A stretch of DNA of 61,571 bases, the filler included, from Choristocarpus tenellus KU-1152 (taxonomy: Eukaryota > Protista > Phaeophyceae): assembly GCA_964200185.2 (NCBI GenBank). It is 12 parts of 12 records of this genome, joined end to end, with 100 filler letters (N's around TTAATTAATTAA, not from the genome) between each part and the next. Parts side by side here need not be neighbours in the genome. Positions count along the whole stretch, not along the records: positions 8,467 to 11,598 come from CAXNAD020022098.1; positions 11,699 to 16,267 come from CAXNAD020013976.1; positions 16,368 to 19,618 come from CAXNAD020021263.1; positions 19,719 to 31,884 come from CAXNAD020001943.1; 8 more parts are not named here. One strand, written 5' to 3'. Position numbers and translations under genes: made by a program. The notes beneath the pieces are model-generated. The model saw nothing but the letters and a program-made list of their open reading frames with translations, had not been told where the DNA came from and did no database searches. Position 1 is the stretch's first letter. Every line of letters starts with the position of its first letter. Positions 11,529 to 24,576 of this stretch are shown here, piece after piece.

Positions 11529-13545
11529 TTGGCACAGTGCAGGGCTTGAGGGGGTGGTTGGGCAATAGCAAGGAGGTGTGTGTCAGGAAATCCTCCTTNN
11601 NNNNNNNNNNNNNNNNNNNNNNNNNNNNNNNNNNNNNNNNNNTTAATTAATTAANNNNNNNNNNNNNNNNNNNNNNNNNNNNNNNNNNNNNNNNNNNNGG
11701 GGGGGGGGGGGGAGGGGTGGGGGGGGGGGGGGGGGGGGTACTGTGGGGGCACCTGTACCCATAGGTGGTCAGACGAATGAAAAGGCAAGTGTCAATGCAT
11801 TTGATGGTAAGCCATTTTTTTTTGTACTTTGGGCTGCTGGAGGGTTGGCTGACTGGCCACACATCGCCACCATGTTTGTCCCCATAGGCAGCCCTCACTA
11901 TGTTTTTGGTTTTGATTCATGTAATTCCATGCGTATATGTTGCTTATCGCATAATTGAGTCCATCATTCTACTTATCGGATTTGTAGTCCTGGGCAATTT
12001 GTAGAATAAACTTGTACATTTGTGGGAAGTACTTTGTATCAAACATTCAGGCTGTTCTAGTTGAGGGGTTTTTAGAAATGATACTTAATGTACTCAGTAT
12101 ATTACTGTACTTTTGACAATCTGTGCAATTGGGCACCACCACCCCCATGGGATTTGTGAGCACCGTATTTCCTGGACCCCTAATCAGAGACCTCACCTCG
12201 GCTAACATCCTGAATTTTCCCCTTCTTCAGGAGTGCCCTTCTGAATTCCAAATTCCGCAGTGTCATCATGAGTCCTTGTTTTCAAGCCACACCCCCTTCT
12301 AGTCTGAAGATTTTTTCCAACTTGTTTTTGAGATTGATATCTCATTTACCCTTGTGCTCCATGAAAGTCTTGAAAGCCTGCAGGTTTGAGACCAGCGATT
12401 ATGGTCTCAGACAAAACAAGGCAGGTCAAGGACTTCCAGCTTTGGTTGGACATGCTACCGTTTTACCAGAAGGCACGATCCATGTTGTTCCCTTTGAGAA
12501 ATTCCTCAACGTGTCCCCTCTGCAATATCGCCCAATCACAGGCACCACCCCCCCATTCTAGTTACTTGACTTAGCTGCTTTCCAATGGCCTGGGTATCCT
12601 ATTCAACTTCCTTCATCCACCCTGGAAAGCTATCGCAGGGCTTTCTCCATCTGTTGCTTGATTGCCTCCTCCCATCAGAATTTGAGTATTGCTGCATCAG
12701 TGTGCAATGCTGAGTCCTAGAGATAACCTGGTGCAGATCGTTCATTGAGGACTGAATGCTCCCGTCAGGATTTTGCCAAATCACAGCAACAAGTTACACG
12801 CTCCTCTTAAGATGGAAGGTGATTGTTGCTCCCTCCTCGGTCATGATCTTGAGATGAGGACACTTAACATGTGTTGTAATCCATAGCACTGGCTATGTGC
12901 TCACCACTGAGTCCCGTCACTGCAGGCCTTCATCCTCGTTAAAGCCACCTTGTTTGCCAGCATCTTGAACCCATCTTCAACTGTTTTCCCTCAAGTTCTA
13001 CCTGGGGTATGCACCCTACCGATTTCACAAGTCTGCGACCAGACCTCTGACCCTTTTTGGTCAATTTGACACCCTGCGCTCAATTTTTTGTTCAGGTCTT
13101 TATATTATATTGAAGTGGAAACACTGTAAGCTGCAGTCAATCAAGTGCCGCAAAGACCCCTCAGCAGGCTTATAGCATGAACTCGATTAACTTTGTTCAG
13201 AACGAAAGGGTTTGGTTAGTCTTAGATCAGCCAAGATCAAGAAAAGCAGAAGATTGCCAATAACTGCTATGCATGTGAAAATTCCATCTGTTGCCTCTCT
13301 TATGCCTCCTTAACACTCATTATACTATGTCCAATGGGGGGGGGGGGGTTGTGTTGGCCCTAGAGACATATAAATCTACTTCCACAATGCCTTGCTGTGC
13401 TTGATGTACATCTGACTACAATTGAATTCAATCTACCTTATACATGAGATCCATTGAATCATGATTGCCAGAAGTGAATGTATATTGGCAGCACTACTGT
13501 TTCTAACGTGAGCCACCTTGCCCTCCTCTTTGCCCTCACTTGCAG

Positions 13546-13704
13546 CTACACAATGCAGAATGGTCTACAGTGGGAGTAAACACCAACATAATCTCTGCTT
13601 CTATGAGTGCACTCTTGGATGGGTTTGAGTACGCTCTAGTTGAATATGCCCCCAGCTGCTCAATTGGCGGTGAAAACGATCTTGAAAGATATGATATGTT
13701 GTAG
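13546..13704 (+). CDS. Last exon of a citramalate synthase (CimA)/2-isopropylmalate synthase-family gene (LeuA allosteric dimerisation domain C-terminus)
   Basis: Polypyrimidine tract and tgcag acceptor, then LHNAEWSTVGVNTNIISASMSALLDGFEYALVEYAPSCSIGGENDLERYDML*. Fits the W-x-TVGV-x-x-NII-x-AS-x-x-AL-x-D-x-x-EY signature. Too short to appear in the ORF track. Confidence 0.75.
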   Translation, partial: LHNAEWSTVGVNTNIISASMSALLDGFEYALVEYAPSCSIGGENDLERYDML

Positions 13705-14678
13705 TTAGAATATATTTTAGCAAGGCTGGGTGCTCTAATTCAATCAATAGGATACTGGGGAAAAGAGAGGTTCTGTGGTTCCGTTGTGTAAGTTAGGTGA
13801 AGAGGGGAGATGGGACAAATTTATGATTTTATGGTGGCATAGTTGACGAATTCTCCTATTTGGTTATTGGGTGGGTAGTAGTAGGTCTTGCCATGGTTGG
13901 AGCTAAGCAGTCCATCTGTTGATCTGCTGGCAATGCCATCACATTCATTTAAGGATTCAGGCTGTAATAGAAGCAAGGTGCAGGTGGCTTCAGGACTACT
14001 ATAGAAGGTTGAATGCCATGATCGGCTAATTGACCAAGTTACTAACGGGCCCTGAGCATTGTCCAAGTCAACACACATTATCAAAGAAAATGTACACCAA
14101 ATGTTGTCAAGTCTAACAGACATCACAGAACAAGCCGGCCCCGATTGTGTTTCTAGGCATAGAGCATTAGTTAAAGAAGAAAATGAACTCTGTACGCTAT
14201 GCTGGACATTGTGTGATCAGAGGACATGGAGAGTGACTTCTGTTGTCCTGGACAGTACACATTATAAAGGAAATTGTCTCTGAGAATTGGTCTGATCAAT
14301 ATCTGTTCTAGAGTAAATGGACCCTGAACGTTGCCCTAAACAACATTCCTTTTAGAAAAAATGAGCCCCAGGTGTTGCCTTGGACAACACGCATTAAGGA
14401 GGGAATGACAGAGAATTATGATTTTTGAGGTGTGGATTACTCTGAAGCCTAAAATATATTTTGCAAATATCCAATGCTGAGGCGGATCAAAACTTAATAT
14501 ATACTTCGTACTCCAGTAGTACCATATTATTCACCCTTTGCTAAAGGTATGTAGATGTTTATTATGCCTGCAATAGATTGTGTTGATACTTTCCTGTAAC
14601 TTGCAGTGTGGAGTTGACTTTATTGACTCTACGAATTTGGATACTTAAGTTTACGCACAGTCCTTCACTTATCAACAG

Positions 14679-14784
14679 ATTATTCAAGGATGTATTAACT
14701 CTGGGGGAATTGAGCAAGTTCAGGAAGGCAGTGGATGCCCTCCGTAAGGTGGTCCTGCATGAGAAGGTGGATTCTGTCGTTCAG
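14679..14784 (+). CDS. Possible isolated exon of an unknown gene
   Basis: caacag|...cag|gtaact boundaries around LFKDVLTLGELSKFRKAVDALRKVVLHEKVDSVVQ. No partner exon found. Confidence 0.3.
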
Positions 14785-15479
14785 GTAACTTTTGTCGCCA
14801 TAAATGTTCCCTTTGCTTTCCCCCCATCTGTTTCGTGTTGACTTTCGAACATTTTACCCCTCTTGTTTTCTTTCTTGTGTATGTGTGTGTTGTTGATAGG
14901 TCTTCTCAAATTTAGCATTTGTAAGATGACTTCTGAACATGTTATGGAAGACCTGGTGGCCTTCGATAGGAGCTCCTACAACTAACACCAATGAGCCAAT
15001 CCCAAAGTAAAGCAGCATTAGAAAAATCGTGGGAAGCAACCCACTTCAGGGTTTATTGCCTAGACATTATTCGAAAGAAATGTATAGATAGATACACAAG
15101 GTTAAAGCGAAAATCGTAAATTTTCTAGGACTGTTTCTCAGTCGTTTTCAGGACATTTTGCAGTGATGACAATTTGATTCCTCGAGGAAGGTAGGTCACG
15201 TACTACCTTTGAACAGTCAGATCCACCTCCAGTAATGTTGTGGTGTTCGGTGGCATTTTTCAGTGTGCAAACTATCCATGTCCTGTGCTTGGTGTCTCAT
15301 TATTTTTCATAGAGTGTGCGAATATCCAAAGCAAGTGATTACCCATATTAAAACTTTTCATTCTCAATTTAGACTGTGTGCAGACAGCCCCACTCTACGA
15401 ATCCATTGTGATTTAGACTCGTGCGATCACATATGAATGTGTATATACTCATGGTTAATTCGTAAGAATGGATTCGGTT

Positions 15480-15725
15480 GAGTGTCGATTTCATCAAGTA
15501 ATTCCTCCGTTCGGAATTAAATGTAACATAACTTTTGCAAGCTCCATTCTCGTCCAGGAACGACCCAGGCGATAAACCCTCTGGAAGAGTCTTAGTTCTC
15601 ATATAGATTGAAGAGGTGTACTAAGTTTGAGGTGGTGGACTGTTATGACTGTGGAGGATACCAGTGCAAAATCGACCAAGTTGCATTTGATGGGGTTCAA
15701 CCTCATGAAAATGTCAAAGCGAATG
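15480..15725 (-). mobile_element. Possible highly decayed LINE RT C-terminal remnant
   Basis: Broken-frame peptides MRLNPIKCNLV and GSFLDENGACKSYV resemble the LN-x-x-K and YLG-x-x-L-x-x-x-G motifs that follow the catalytic DD of non-LTR RTs. Confidence 0.3.
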
Positions 15726-16367
15726 TTTAGTGGGATGCCTTAGGACGAAGGCCCTCCATTGTTTGAGCGGCTTGCGTACCCTGTCATTTCCTGTCAATCC
15801 CAATTCTTCAGCCCAGAAGTCTGTCTGGGGTCCAGACCCAAGCACCCCAACGAAGAACAATATGGTGGTGTAATGCCTGGAGGCGAGAGGGCATGAGACT
15901 TGGATGCCTCATGGGACGGTGGCGGCCATTGCGGAGGACTCTGGAGTTTCCCAAATCACTGTGTTCTGTTATCTGAAAGATCATGACAACCAGATCGCAT
16001 GGGTTGAATGCATGGACTTTGTACAACACCACAGGGGGTGATGTGATCGCTGTACAAGTATCCTCGATGTTTGGGATGTCCCATCAGTACACTGCACTTC
16101 CTTTCACAAATGGGTGTCCAAAGCTGGGGTGGGATCTTTGCGAGGGGGAGAGAAGGTGAGGAACGTTAAGCGGTGACCTAAGCCAGTCCCCTCAGACCAG
16201 CAGAAATCCAACAGGGTGGGTTTCGTCATCAGCCACACGCATAGGAGGGGGGGGAGTGGGGTATTAGNNNNNNNNNNNNNNNNNNNNNNNNNNNNNNNNN
16301 NNNNNNNNNNNTTAATTAATTAANNNNNNNNNNNNNNNNNNNNNNNNNNNNNNNNNNNNNNNNNNNN

Positions 16368-16403
16368 AACGGGCAGGCCCCCCCCCCCCAGATACTTTGA
16401 GTT
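16368..16403. mobile_element. MITE family 2, terminal fragment at contig start
   Basis: polyC-agatactttgagtt end. Confidence 0.7.
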
Positions 16404-18639
16404 CAGTATCACTACTTTGGTGGCCCAAATATAAGGAGGCAGGATATTAGGTGAGGCCCTGTGATAAGGGGGTCAAATGCATTAGGATGAGTAAAACCTT
16501 CTATAAAGCGGTGACCACCTTATATAGGTAGCGACAGGTAACAAAGAGGTTAATCAACATCTATGGAGTCCCAATATAAGGCGGACAGATAATATTTCTC
16601 CGCATGTTGCAGAAACCCCCTATTGATCATGGCTCTGCACCGTCACACACTTTCCCCTCCACCACAAACCTTTCGTGGTATTGCGCACGAACTCACAGCT
16701 CCTGGTGGAACTCAACATCGCTCCGGGTCAGCCCACCCACTAGGCCGCTATGAAAGTGTTGGATATACTGGCACCAAGACGAGATGGAAGATGATCTACT
16801 ACTAAACGTGCGGGACACTGATGATACAGAAGGAGGCGAGCAACTTTTTTGACAATGAAATTGAGCTCAAGAACATCGAAGGTGTTGGCATGTATGTGGT
16901 CAGGGAATAGGGGGCGAGCTTTGCTCAGCCACATTCAAATTTGGAACTTTCGGGGATCTTCAGATTGTTGGAGATGCACACGGAATCGAGCGACAATGTA
17001 GATACAGGGAATTTCCTGCGGAAGGGGAGGGCAGGATGTGTTTTATCCAAACGCATGCCGCTAAATCTACCCAGCAGGCAGACATGAGAGATTTTTCCAG
17101 AGTGTACATGAACCAATTGTGTTTCTGTCGTTTCGTGGGGTTCATCCACTTTTTAACTGTCCTGTACTACGTTGTCCTGGATTGTGGGTTGCGGTGGATA
17201 TAGTGTTGACGTAATTCATTGAGTGAAGTTGTGGTAGTGTTGCTGTGGAGTAATAGTAGTCACTTCAGGTGGTACAATTCAAGTACAAGCACAATACTGA
17301 CTACTAATTTGTACTTGTATGTTGGTGGAGGGGACGACCCTTAATTATGTTACTGCTCAACACTAGGTTTTGCAACTTGAATTGTCTAAATTTGCTTTTA
17401 AAATTCGGTGCTTCCTGCACCTTTTTTTTTGTTTTGCTCAATCTGTTTTTCTTATAAATGTCGTGAATCAGGGTCCAATCAGTCGTGGGGGGTGTTCAGA
17501 ATCACCAGTTATGTGATGGTGGTGCTCAGCAAACCCAATAACCCAACCTAACCCAACCTAACCCAAACCCAATGTTCTCTCAACCATCAAATCTTAGGAG
17601 ATGTTTGAATGGAATCTTGAATCCGATGGGTGACGTCACATCCTTGTGACCGTCAACGGCAAGAGGTCTGAGAATTCTTAGGACTTCTCTGTGTTTGATA
17701 TTGATGGGAACGTTACCAATGACAAAGAAATGTTCGCGCAATACACTAATGTGTGCGCGCGGATGTGGATTGGACTGAGATCAGTTCCCAACAGGACCTG
17801 TCTCATATAAACGTTTTTTTAGTTCCTTGAGATTATTTTCCTGGGATCCCCTTACAATAGAGTACAGTACTACTACTTTTGTCTTTGCCTGTTTTCTTAT
17901 TTCCTACAAGGCCCACAAAGGTGTGCGTGACCTGTTCACCCTCGTATTCCTTCCTTTGAACACTCAAAAGTCCCTTACAAGTGGGAGGCTTCAAACGAAA
18001 TTAGGGACCATATACGACAACAATTAATAGTACCGTAGCATTACTAAATAGACTGTGCATATACAATGTACACATATTTGATGGGTGACACCTTGGAAGT
18101 TTCTTCGGTGAGTTAGCCACCCATGCAGTAGGGGGAAAGGGGCGGGAGTATACAGTAGAATGAGCCTTACAAGTCCCGTTTGAGACAGATATATTGTCCA
18201 TCACTACACAGGTAACTCTCTCGAGACGTCTCATTTCAAGTCAGAGGCACCAGGTAGATGGGCAAGAAGGGGCCTGCCAGATTCTTTGGATGCTTCCCTA
18301 GATCCTCGCCCACCTTTGCAGGGCTGCACTAGGTTAGAAGCTTAGCAGTGTACACACTACATTGTAGGTGCCAACCTTAAATTAATGGAGCATTGTTGTA
18401 CTGTTTGTTCCCAAATAGTAATTCCTTCGACAGGTACTTTTTTGTATCAACAACTTATATTTTTACAAGGGTCCTGGTGACATAGCTTTGTTTTTTCCCT
18501 TACATATCTGGAAAATGTCGCAGGGCATAATTAAATAAAATAGCAAATGTATTGATGGTGTGTACCCTATATATAGGGCATTTCCGCCCTGTGCCGAGTA
18601 TGATATAAGGCAGTACCATCTTATGAAGGATACTGAACT

Positions 18640-19424
18640 ATATACTGAAGTGCCCTTTTGGATATTGCCCTAAGAAGTGAGTATCGCAAATGGGTCGTTA
18701 GCCTGGATGGCAAAAACGCCTTCAACGGCATATGCTGGTCGGCCTTCATCGAAGTCCTTCTCAAGACCCTACCAGGACTCTATGTGTCCAAGGTATATCG
18801 GGGCGCCTGTGATCTTCGTTTCCCACTAGATGAGGGAGGGATGAAGATAATACAGTCAAGGACAGGGGCAAAATTAGGAGATCCCCTTGGCCCCCTTCTG
18901 TACTTATGACCACAGTCAAAGCTCTGCAAAGGGTACGGTTTACCTTTGGACCCCAGCAGTTTCCCCCAGAAGCTTCCTGAACGACACATCCATCTCCACA
19001 AGGGAAATAAACTCCATTTCTATATCTGCTTTTGAGGAGCTGAACACAGACCTGTACGAGGTGGGCATTGTATTAAACACGGATAAGACCGTTGCTGCAC
19101 CACGCCAGGACCACCAGCCAATGCCCACAGAACTGGAACCTGAGTGAGATGGATGACGAACAAGTTGCTTGGATCCTCAACTCCTGGTCACCCTCTTCCC
19201 GTTTAGGTTATTTGGCGAGGGTCATTCCCCCTAACCTGGCACATTCTACCACAGAAGAAACTGACAACCTCTATGCGGACTATGGAGAAGATAATGGAGG
19301 TAGCAGACTCAGCGCCAGGGCTGGTGATTTCTTTCATGAGGAGTGAAAAAATGGGCCTCTTCGCCTGGAAACGCGCACCAAGTACAGGTGCATATGCCCA
19401 CAAGTTCAGGTGGCTTGGGCCTAT
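18640..19424 (+). mobile_element. Non-LTR retrotransposon RT fragment, CRE-like clade, decayed
   Basis: SLDGKNAFNGI, SRTGAKLGDPLGPLLY, VGIVLNTDKT, RLGYLARVIPP and QVHMPTSSGGLGL occur in the expected order. Cut by the MITE at 19425. Confidence 0.75.
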
Positions 19425-19618
19425 GAGCGAAAGTATCTTAGAGGGTACAAGTTTTGCCTCATTTGTCCATTTGGGGCTTGCCTTCCCATGTTTTTTTTTG
19501 TGACATTTTCCTACTCTAAAATGTTTCGGTAATTAAAATGCATACGTTATGAAAAGGTGTGTCTGGAACAAGGATATTGAAACTTGACAAAAATGATAGC
19601 CAAAATTACATCAAAATC
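19425..19618. mobile_element. MITE family 1, truncated by contig end
   Basis: gagcgaaagtatcttagagggtac... followed by the family interior up to the linker. Confidence 0.9.
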
Positions 19619-19718
19619 NNNNNNNNNNNNNNNNNNNNNNNNNNNNNNNNNNNNNNNNNNNNTTAATTAATTAANNNNNNNNNNNNNNNNNNNNNNNNNN
19701 NNNNNNNNNNNNNNNNNN

Positions 19719-19756
19719 AAATGGACGCGGCCCTACCCTCTAAGATACTTTGACTC
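19719..19756. mobile_element. MITE family 1, terminal fragment at contig start
   Basis: aaatggacgcggccctaccctctaagatactttgactc. Confidence 0.88.
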
Positions 19757-22439
19757 TGACGGGCTACAGCTCTCCCTGCATTAGACATATCTGGCCTGGT
19801 TGTGTTACTGGCCCACATCAACGCCCCAACTGCCTCACGAAAAGGTCAATCCTCTGACAGTCTATCTCTCTCCCTAGTTCCCAGCTTTCTGGAAGGGGCA
19901 GCAGGGATGGGACTTGTTGATTGGGTGGAATAGCATTCAAACAAACTGTCAATGTAGTTAGTCTGGGTAATGGAGAGAGCACTACGCTTCCAATCTCTTG
20001 TGTAAGTGCAACCAGAAAACTGAGACAACAAGCCAAGGTTTTGGTGGGAAACTCTTCATTTAGGGAGGCACAAAGATCATTGCAATCATCACCAGATGCC
20101 AAAACCATAATGTCATTCACATGAACTGCAAGGATTATCTTGACAACAACACCATCCCTCCTGAGTCTAAATATACACGGGTCAATCAAACACTGCTCAA
20201 AGCCATTATGCTTAAGGGTGGAAATCAGCTTGGTATTCCAAGTCCTAGAGGCTTGCTTTAAACCACACAGGGACCTGTGAAGGCGTACGGTCGTAAAGGA
20301 GAGATCTCCACATCCCTGTCGGAAGTGCATGTACACTTCCCCACCCAGGTCAGATTGAACAAAGGCCTGCTCCACATCTTTGCCACATCCTCGGGTCCAA
20401 CTCACAAGTCATACTGGCCATTAGCCTAACCGATGAGGCGGAAGGTGTGGGGGCAGAGGTTTCGAAATAATCAACACCATACTCCAGGCCAAAAACTTGA
20501 GCAAACTAGTATAGCCTTAGCCCCACTGAAAATCCCCAAACAGTCACCCTTCCATTTAAACACCCACTTGGAACCAATAGCCTTGCGCCCCAAGGGTACA
20601 TAAGAAACACTGCAGGTACCTGTGTCCAAAAAACCATACAACTCCTTAGACATAGCCTCTTCCCATACTGGCCAATATTCAGACTTTCGAGTCACAGTAT
20701 AAGACTGTTTGGCTTGTCCAAACTCACATATAAAACGACCTTGAAGGGGGGCACACATCAACACAGACTCGGGCGTGGGCTGTACAGCCAGGGCATAAGC
20801 AACATGTTTCCTCTCTACATTAACAATGAGAGACGTCACATCACCAACACCTGCGCTCCCTTCAACTCTGGCACGCATTTCCTATCTAGTCCTACCCAAC
20901 TCAATGCAAGGCTCACGGACTGGATAGCGAAGAAAATCATCCAACTGACGAGCTGCACTACAGGCATTGTTGGGTCAGCACCTGCCCAAGGCAAGTTCTG
21001 TGAACTCAAGGATAAGACATAGCTTACACTCCCTTCGCTGTCTCGGGTAGTGTCTCCGGACAGACTCGTGTCAACCTGACCTCTTTCCCCATCATCAGGG
21101 GAAGGGTTAACCGCCATATACTTGAAAATCTGATCTACGCTCCTTTCACCAAAGGGAGGATCATTAGTCAAACCATCTCCTTTGTTGCCAATGGATGACC
21201 TCTCTCTTAGCACAAACCTGTCCTCACTTCCGTCGCTACAGGAAGAGTCATCAGATAGGGATGAAGTGGAGGAGCGAGATGAACAAATAGACTGTACATC
21301 TAATGGTGTGCCACCTGCTTCGGGATTGGAAAACTTGTCCTAAGAACGAGGGCCTGCATCAAGCCCCCCCCCCCTCCCTTCGCAAAGTAGGGGCAACCTT
21401 TCCTACTGGGGCAAGACTGGGCTCATTAGGGGACAGCCAGGTCAGGCTACATGATGGTCGGAGTAAGAACACGGTGCGCATCATGGAGGTGATTGATCTC
21501 CGGCCCCAGGTAAAAACACCATTGCACCTTTCGGAAAGTCTTACTGAGACGGCAAAAACCAGGTTGAATAAATTGGTAGGTCAAAAGGGGTGCAAGGGTG
21601 CCATTCCACATACCACATTTCATACAGTGAATTACAACTAGGATAAGCCGTGGTCAATGTGCGATCGAGCGAGTCACGGACATAGTGTTGAGCTTCACCC
21701 CAGAGAGAGTCTGTCTTGGGGATAGTGAGATGGGGGGAAAGTAGTGGAGCTTGAAGGCGGCCAGCTAATGAAGTTCCATCAATGATACCCAGCATGCGTT
21801 CAGCAACCACATAAGATTGAGGGCTGTCTGCAGGTGTAAACTCCTTTAATCCCACGTTTACAGCAAAGAGCACCAAAAGCACCCTCATAAAACTCCCCCT
21901 CATTATCAGACCGCACGCGCATGACCCGAGAGGGAGTACCGTCAGCCCGGATATTGGCCAGGTACTTTTTGAAGGCTTCAACAGCATCCATCATAAGTCA
22001 AAGGAAATTCAGCCAAATAAAACGAGAATAGTCATCCTGAATTATCGTGGTGCAACGCTAACCATCAAGTGAAAGGGTAGACCTCTTAGCACTTAGATCG
22101 ACAAAAACCTGCCCCAGGTTTCTCACCATCCGTGAAGACGTGCTGGATGGGATCCCCTTCCTTATGTCTTTGCTCATTGAGCAGCCAGGACATGCCTCCA
22201 ATTCCCCCACCAATGTAATGCCCCATTGAAGAGGCAGTGGACTTGAGCAAAGCCTCGTGAACATTGTCATATGCGCAATGGAAATGGTTAATACTCACCT
22301 CAGTGTGGTGGGCAGAGCTGTTTGGGTGTGTGAGTGAGAGCATCTTAGAGGGTACGAGTTTTGCCCGGTTTGTCCGTTTGGGGCTTGGCTTCCTACGGGT
22401 TTTTTATGGCATTTTCCAACTCCTAAATGCTTAGGAGTA

Positions 22440-24576
22440 TAGTGGTACCACTGGCTTCGCCCTCTGGGGATGTCCCATCGTAATTTTTGATGTAGATATC
22501 GGGTTAAAAAAAAAAGTATGTTCGTGATGCCCGTCACAAGGCCCTCCAGAGTACGGGCTTCGTTTGTTTTTTCGCCATTTTATTGTTTTTTTGAATAAAG
22601 AGCACTCATATTGGGGTTCAACCCCTGGATTGTAGGTCACCAAGAGTGGCAACAGATGCACTATTACTTGATTGAAGTATACTTGTTTAGATGGGAAAAA
22701 GTCTCCCCACCCTTTCTTCCTGTGTGTTCGCACACCCAATCTTTGACCTTGGCAAGGATGTCCTTGTTGAGACCCAGAACGAAACGCCTCTCGTAGTACC
22801 CTTGCTTCGACACCTTGATGTGACCCTTAGTTAGGAAGTCTCTCTCCCATTTACTCACAGTTTCCAATCTGACCATTGCATATCCTGCTGCGATCCCGAG
22901 CGCCCTTTTGACAGCCTTTCCCATCGTTCATACACAGGTACAGGATTCGCAGTGTTAGAGCCTTTACTATCACATTTCCTCGTTGAGAGCCGGAAATGGG
23001 CATCGTCCATGTTTCCTGGGCGGGTTACATATTATCATCAAGGGGCAAGGGCGAGGGAGGACAGACTTGAGATGATCGAAAATTGTGTTGATTTAACGAA
23101 TGAATGCAGGTGGGGAGAAAGCCTTAACCAATTTAATACACCCAACCCGAAGTCCAGGAATAAAAGTGAATGTACGGCATCTTGCAAGAAGTAAGAGACT
23201 CCAAACCATTGGTATGCAAACACTCTCAATCTCACCTCCTCTTCTTCCCTGGCGTCCTTGTATGGCTACCTCCACCTGCTTCATGACCTCTTCTAAGTAA
23301 AGGATTTGGTGGTAGCAAAAAGTCTTCACAGCTGCCTTTGTTATGGTCACTTTCTCCTCCGCCTTGTGAATCCTTTCGACCTTCTTTCGGGCTTCAGAGC
23401 CCCTGTACCCCAACCCTAACACCTTCTTTCTCGTTTCCTTAAGCCACTCCGGCTCACACAGCTTCCAAACAGCTAGGGTCTGCTGCAACTGTTGAATACT
23501 AAGATATTCTACAATCGGGTTTTTGCTTAGGCATTTCCTGGGTGCAATGGCACGCAGTCGCACTGCTCTCCTTCCCAACCTTCCCTTCGGCCGGTCACCC
23601 CGGTTCTCCCTTCACCCACCGTGACCAGGCTTCCCCACAGACTTCGCCACAGTACCACCTGGTGATGGACTCGCCGCTCTCTTCCTGCTTTCCCGACGCA
23701 CCAGAGACTGCAGAGCAGTGCTCCCACATGGTTAAAGATCCAACTACATTTGTGTGGAAGTACTTTCCATGCATCTTCTCTGAGCGTCAGTGTCTCGGCC
23801 ACGTGATCCATTGCACGATTTGATCATGCCGCTGCACCACACTACTCATACTTTCTCGTCACCTAACATTGCACTGAGTTTCACATGGTATTTGCTTTTC
23901 TGTCACCTCTCAATAGAGAAGGTGCCGAGGGTAGATCCAGGGGACAGAGTGACCTCGGCAGCTATCTTTGTCTCAATGTCGTGGTTCATGTTGCCATGTG
24001 GGTCACATGTGTGTGTGTTCACAGAAAGTCTGCATTTGACACTAAAAAGATGTCTGCAAATCTTGGGGTTTTTTTTCGGTATTGCCACAAGCACCGTATT
24101 TGGGCAGTGGTCTAACCCACACTAGGTTTTTGCAGGGAATTTGCCAACCACTTCAGTTTGTACTTTTGACATTGTGAACATCAAAATTGTGCCGGAGACC
24201 CAAAGCATCTGGTGGGGGGGTGGTCTACACCAGGGTGTCAATTTGGGCCAAAATCGGGAAAAGTGCATCTACATTATCCATCCAACGCATGCAACCAATC
24301 ACTCAAAAATCGCGTTATGAAAAAATTGGTCCTAAATGGACAGCCGTCACCCCCCCCCCAGATACTTTGAGTCTGGAGATGTTCCTCTGCGTTTATGCCA
24401 TTTTTTTATAGGGGCATACCTGTGTATTCACCGAAGTTTGTATATTCGTGCATACAAACCTTCAAAAGGTCTTGTCGTATGCTTTCTTGGATATATATAT
24501 TGTTCTATACCTCTTGTGGCAATACAATGAAAAAAATGGAAGATTGGTCTAGAGGGGTAAGCTACTGCTACCACGT
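22440..24576 (-). mobile_element. TA-targeting TIR DNA transposon (IS630-Tc1-mariner-like), internally deleted or non-autonomous
   Basis: TA duplicated at 22438-9 and 24577-8. Imperfect ~28-bp TIR (tagtggtaccactggcttcgccctctgg versus acgtggtagcagtagcttacccctctag). Broken minus-strand ORFs 23093-23578 and 22664-22924 (TVSKWERDFLTKGHIKVSKQG...DILAKVKDWV) resemble a transposase N-terminal region. No DDE core seen. Confidence 0.75.
24197..24373. mobile_element. MITE family 2, full copy
   Basis: gacccaaagcatctggtggggggg ... cccccccccagatactttgagtc. Flanks are cgga/tgga (4-bp TSD with 1 mismatch). Confidence 0.88.

Noticed and set aside
16600-16900. Possible Copia RT/RNase H remnant (PGQPTH*AAMKVL)
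   Set aside because: It is a single weak motif in broken frames, which is insufficient.
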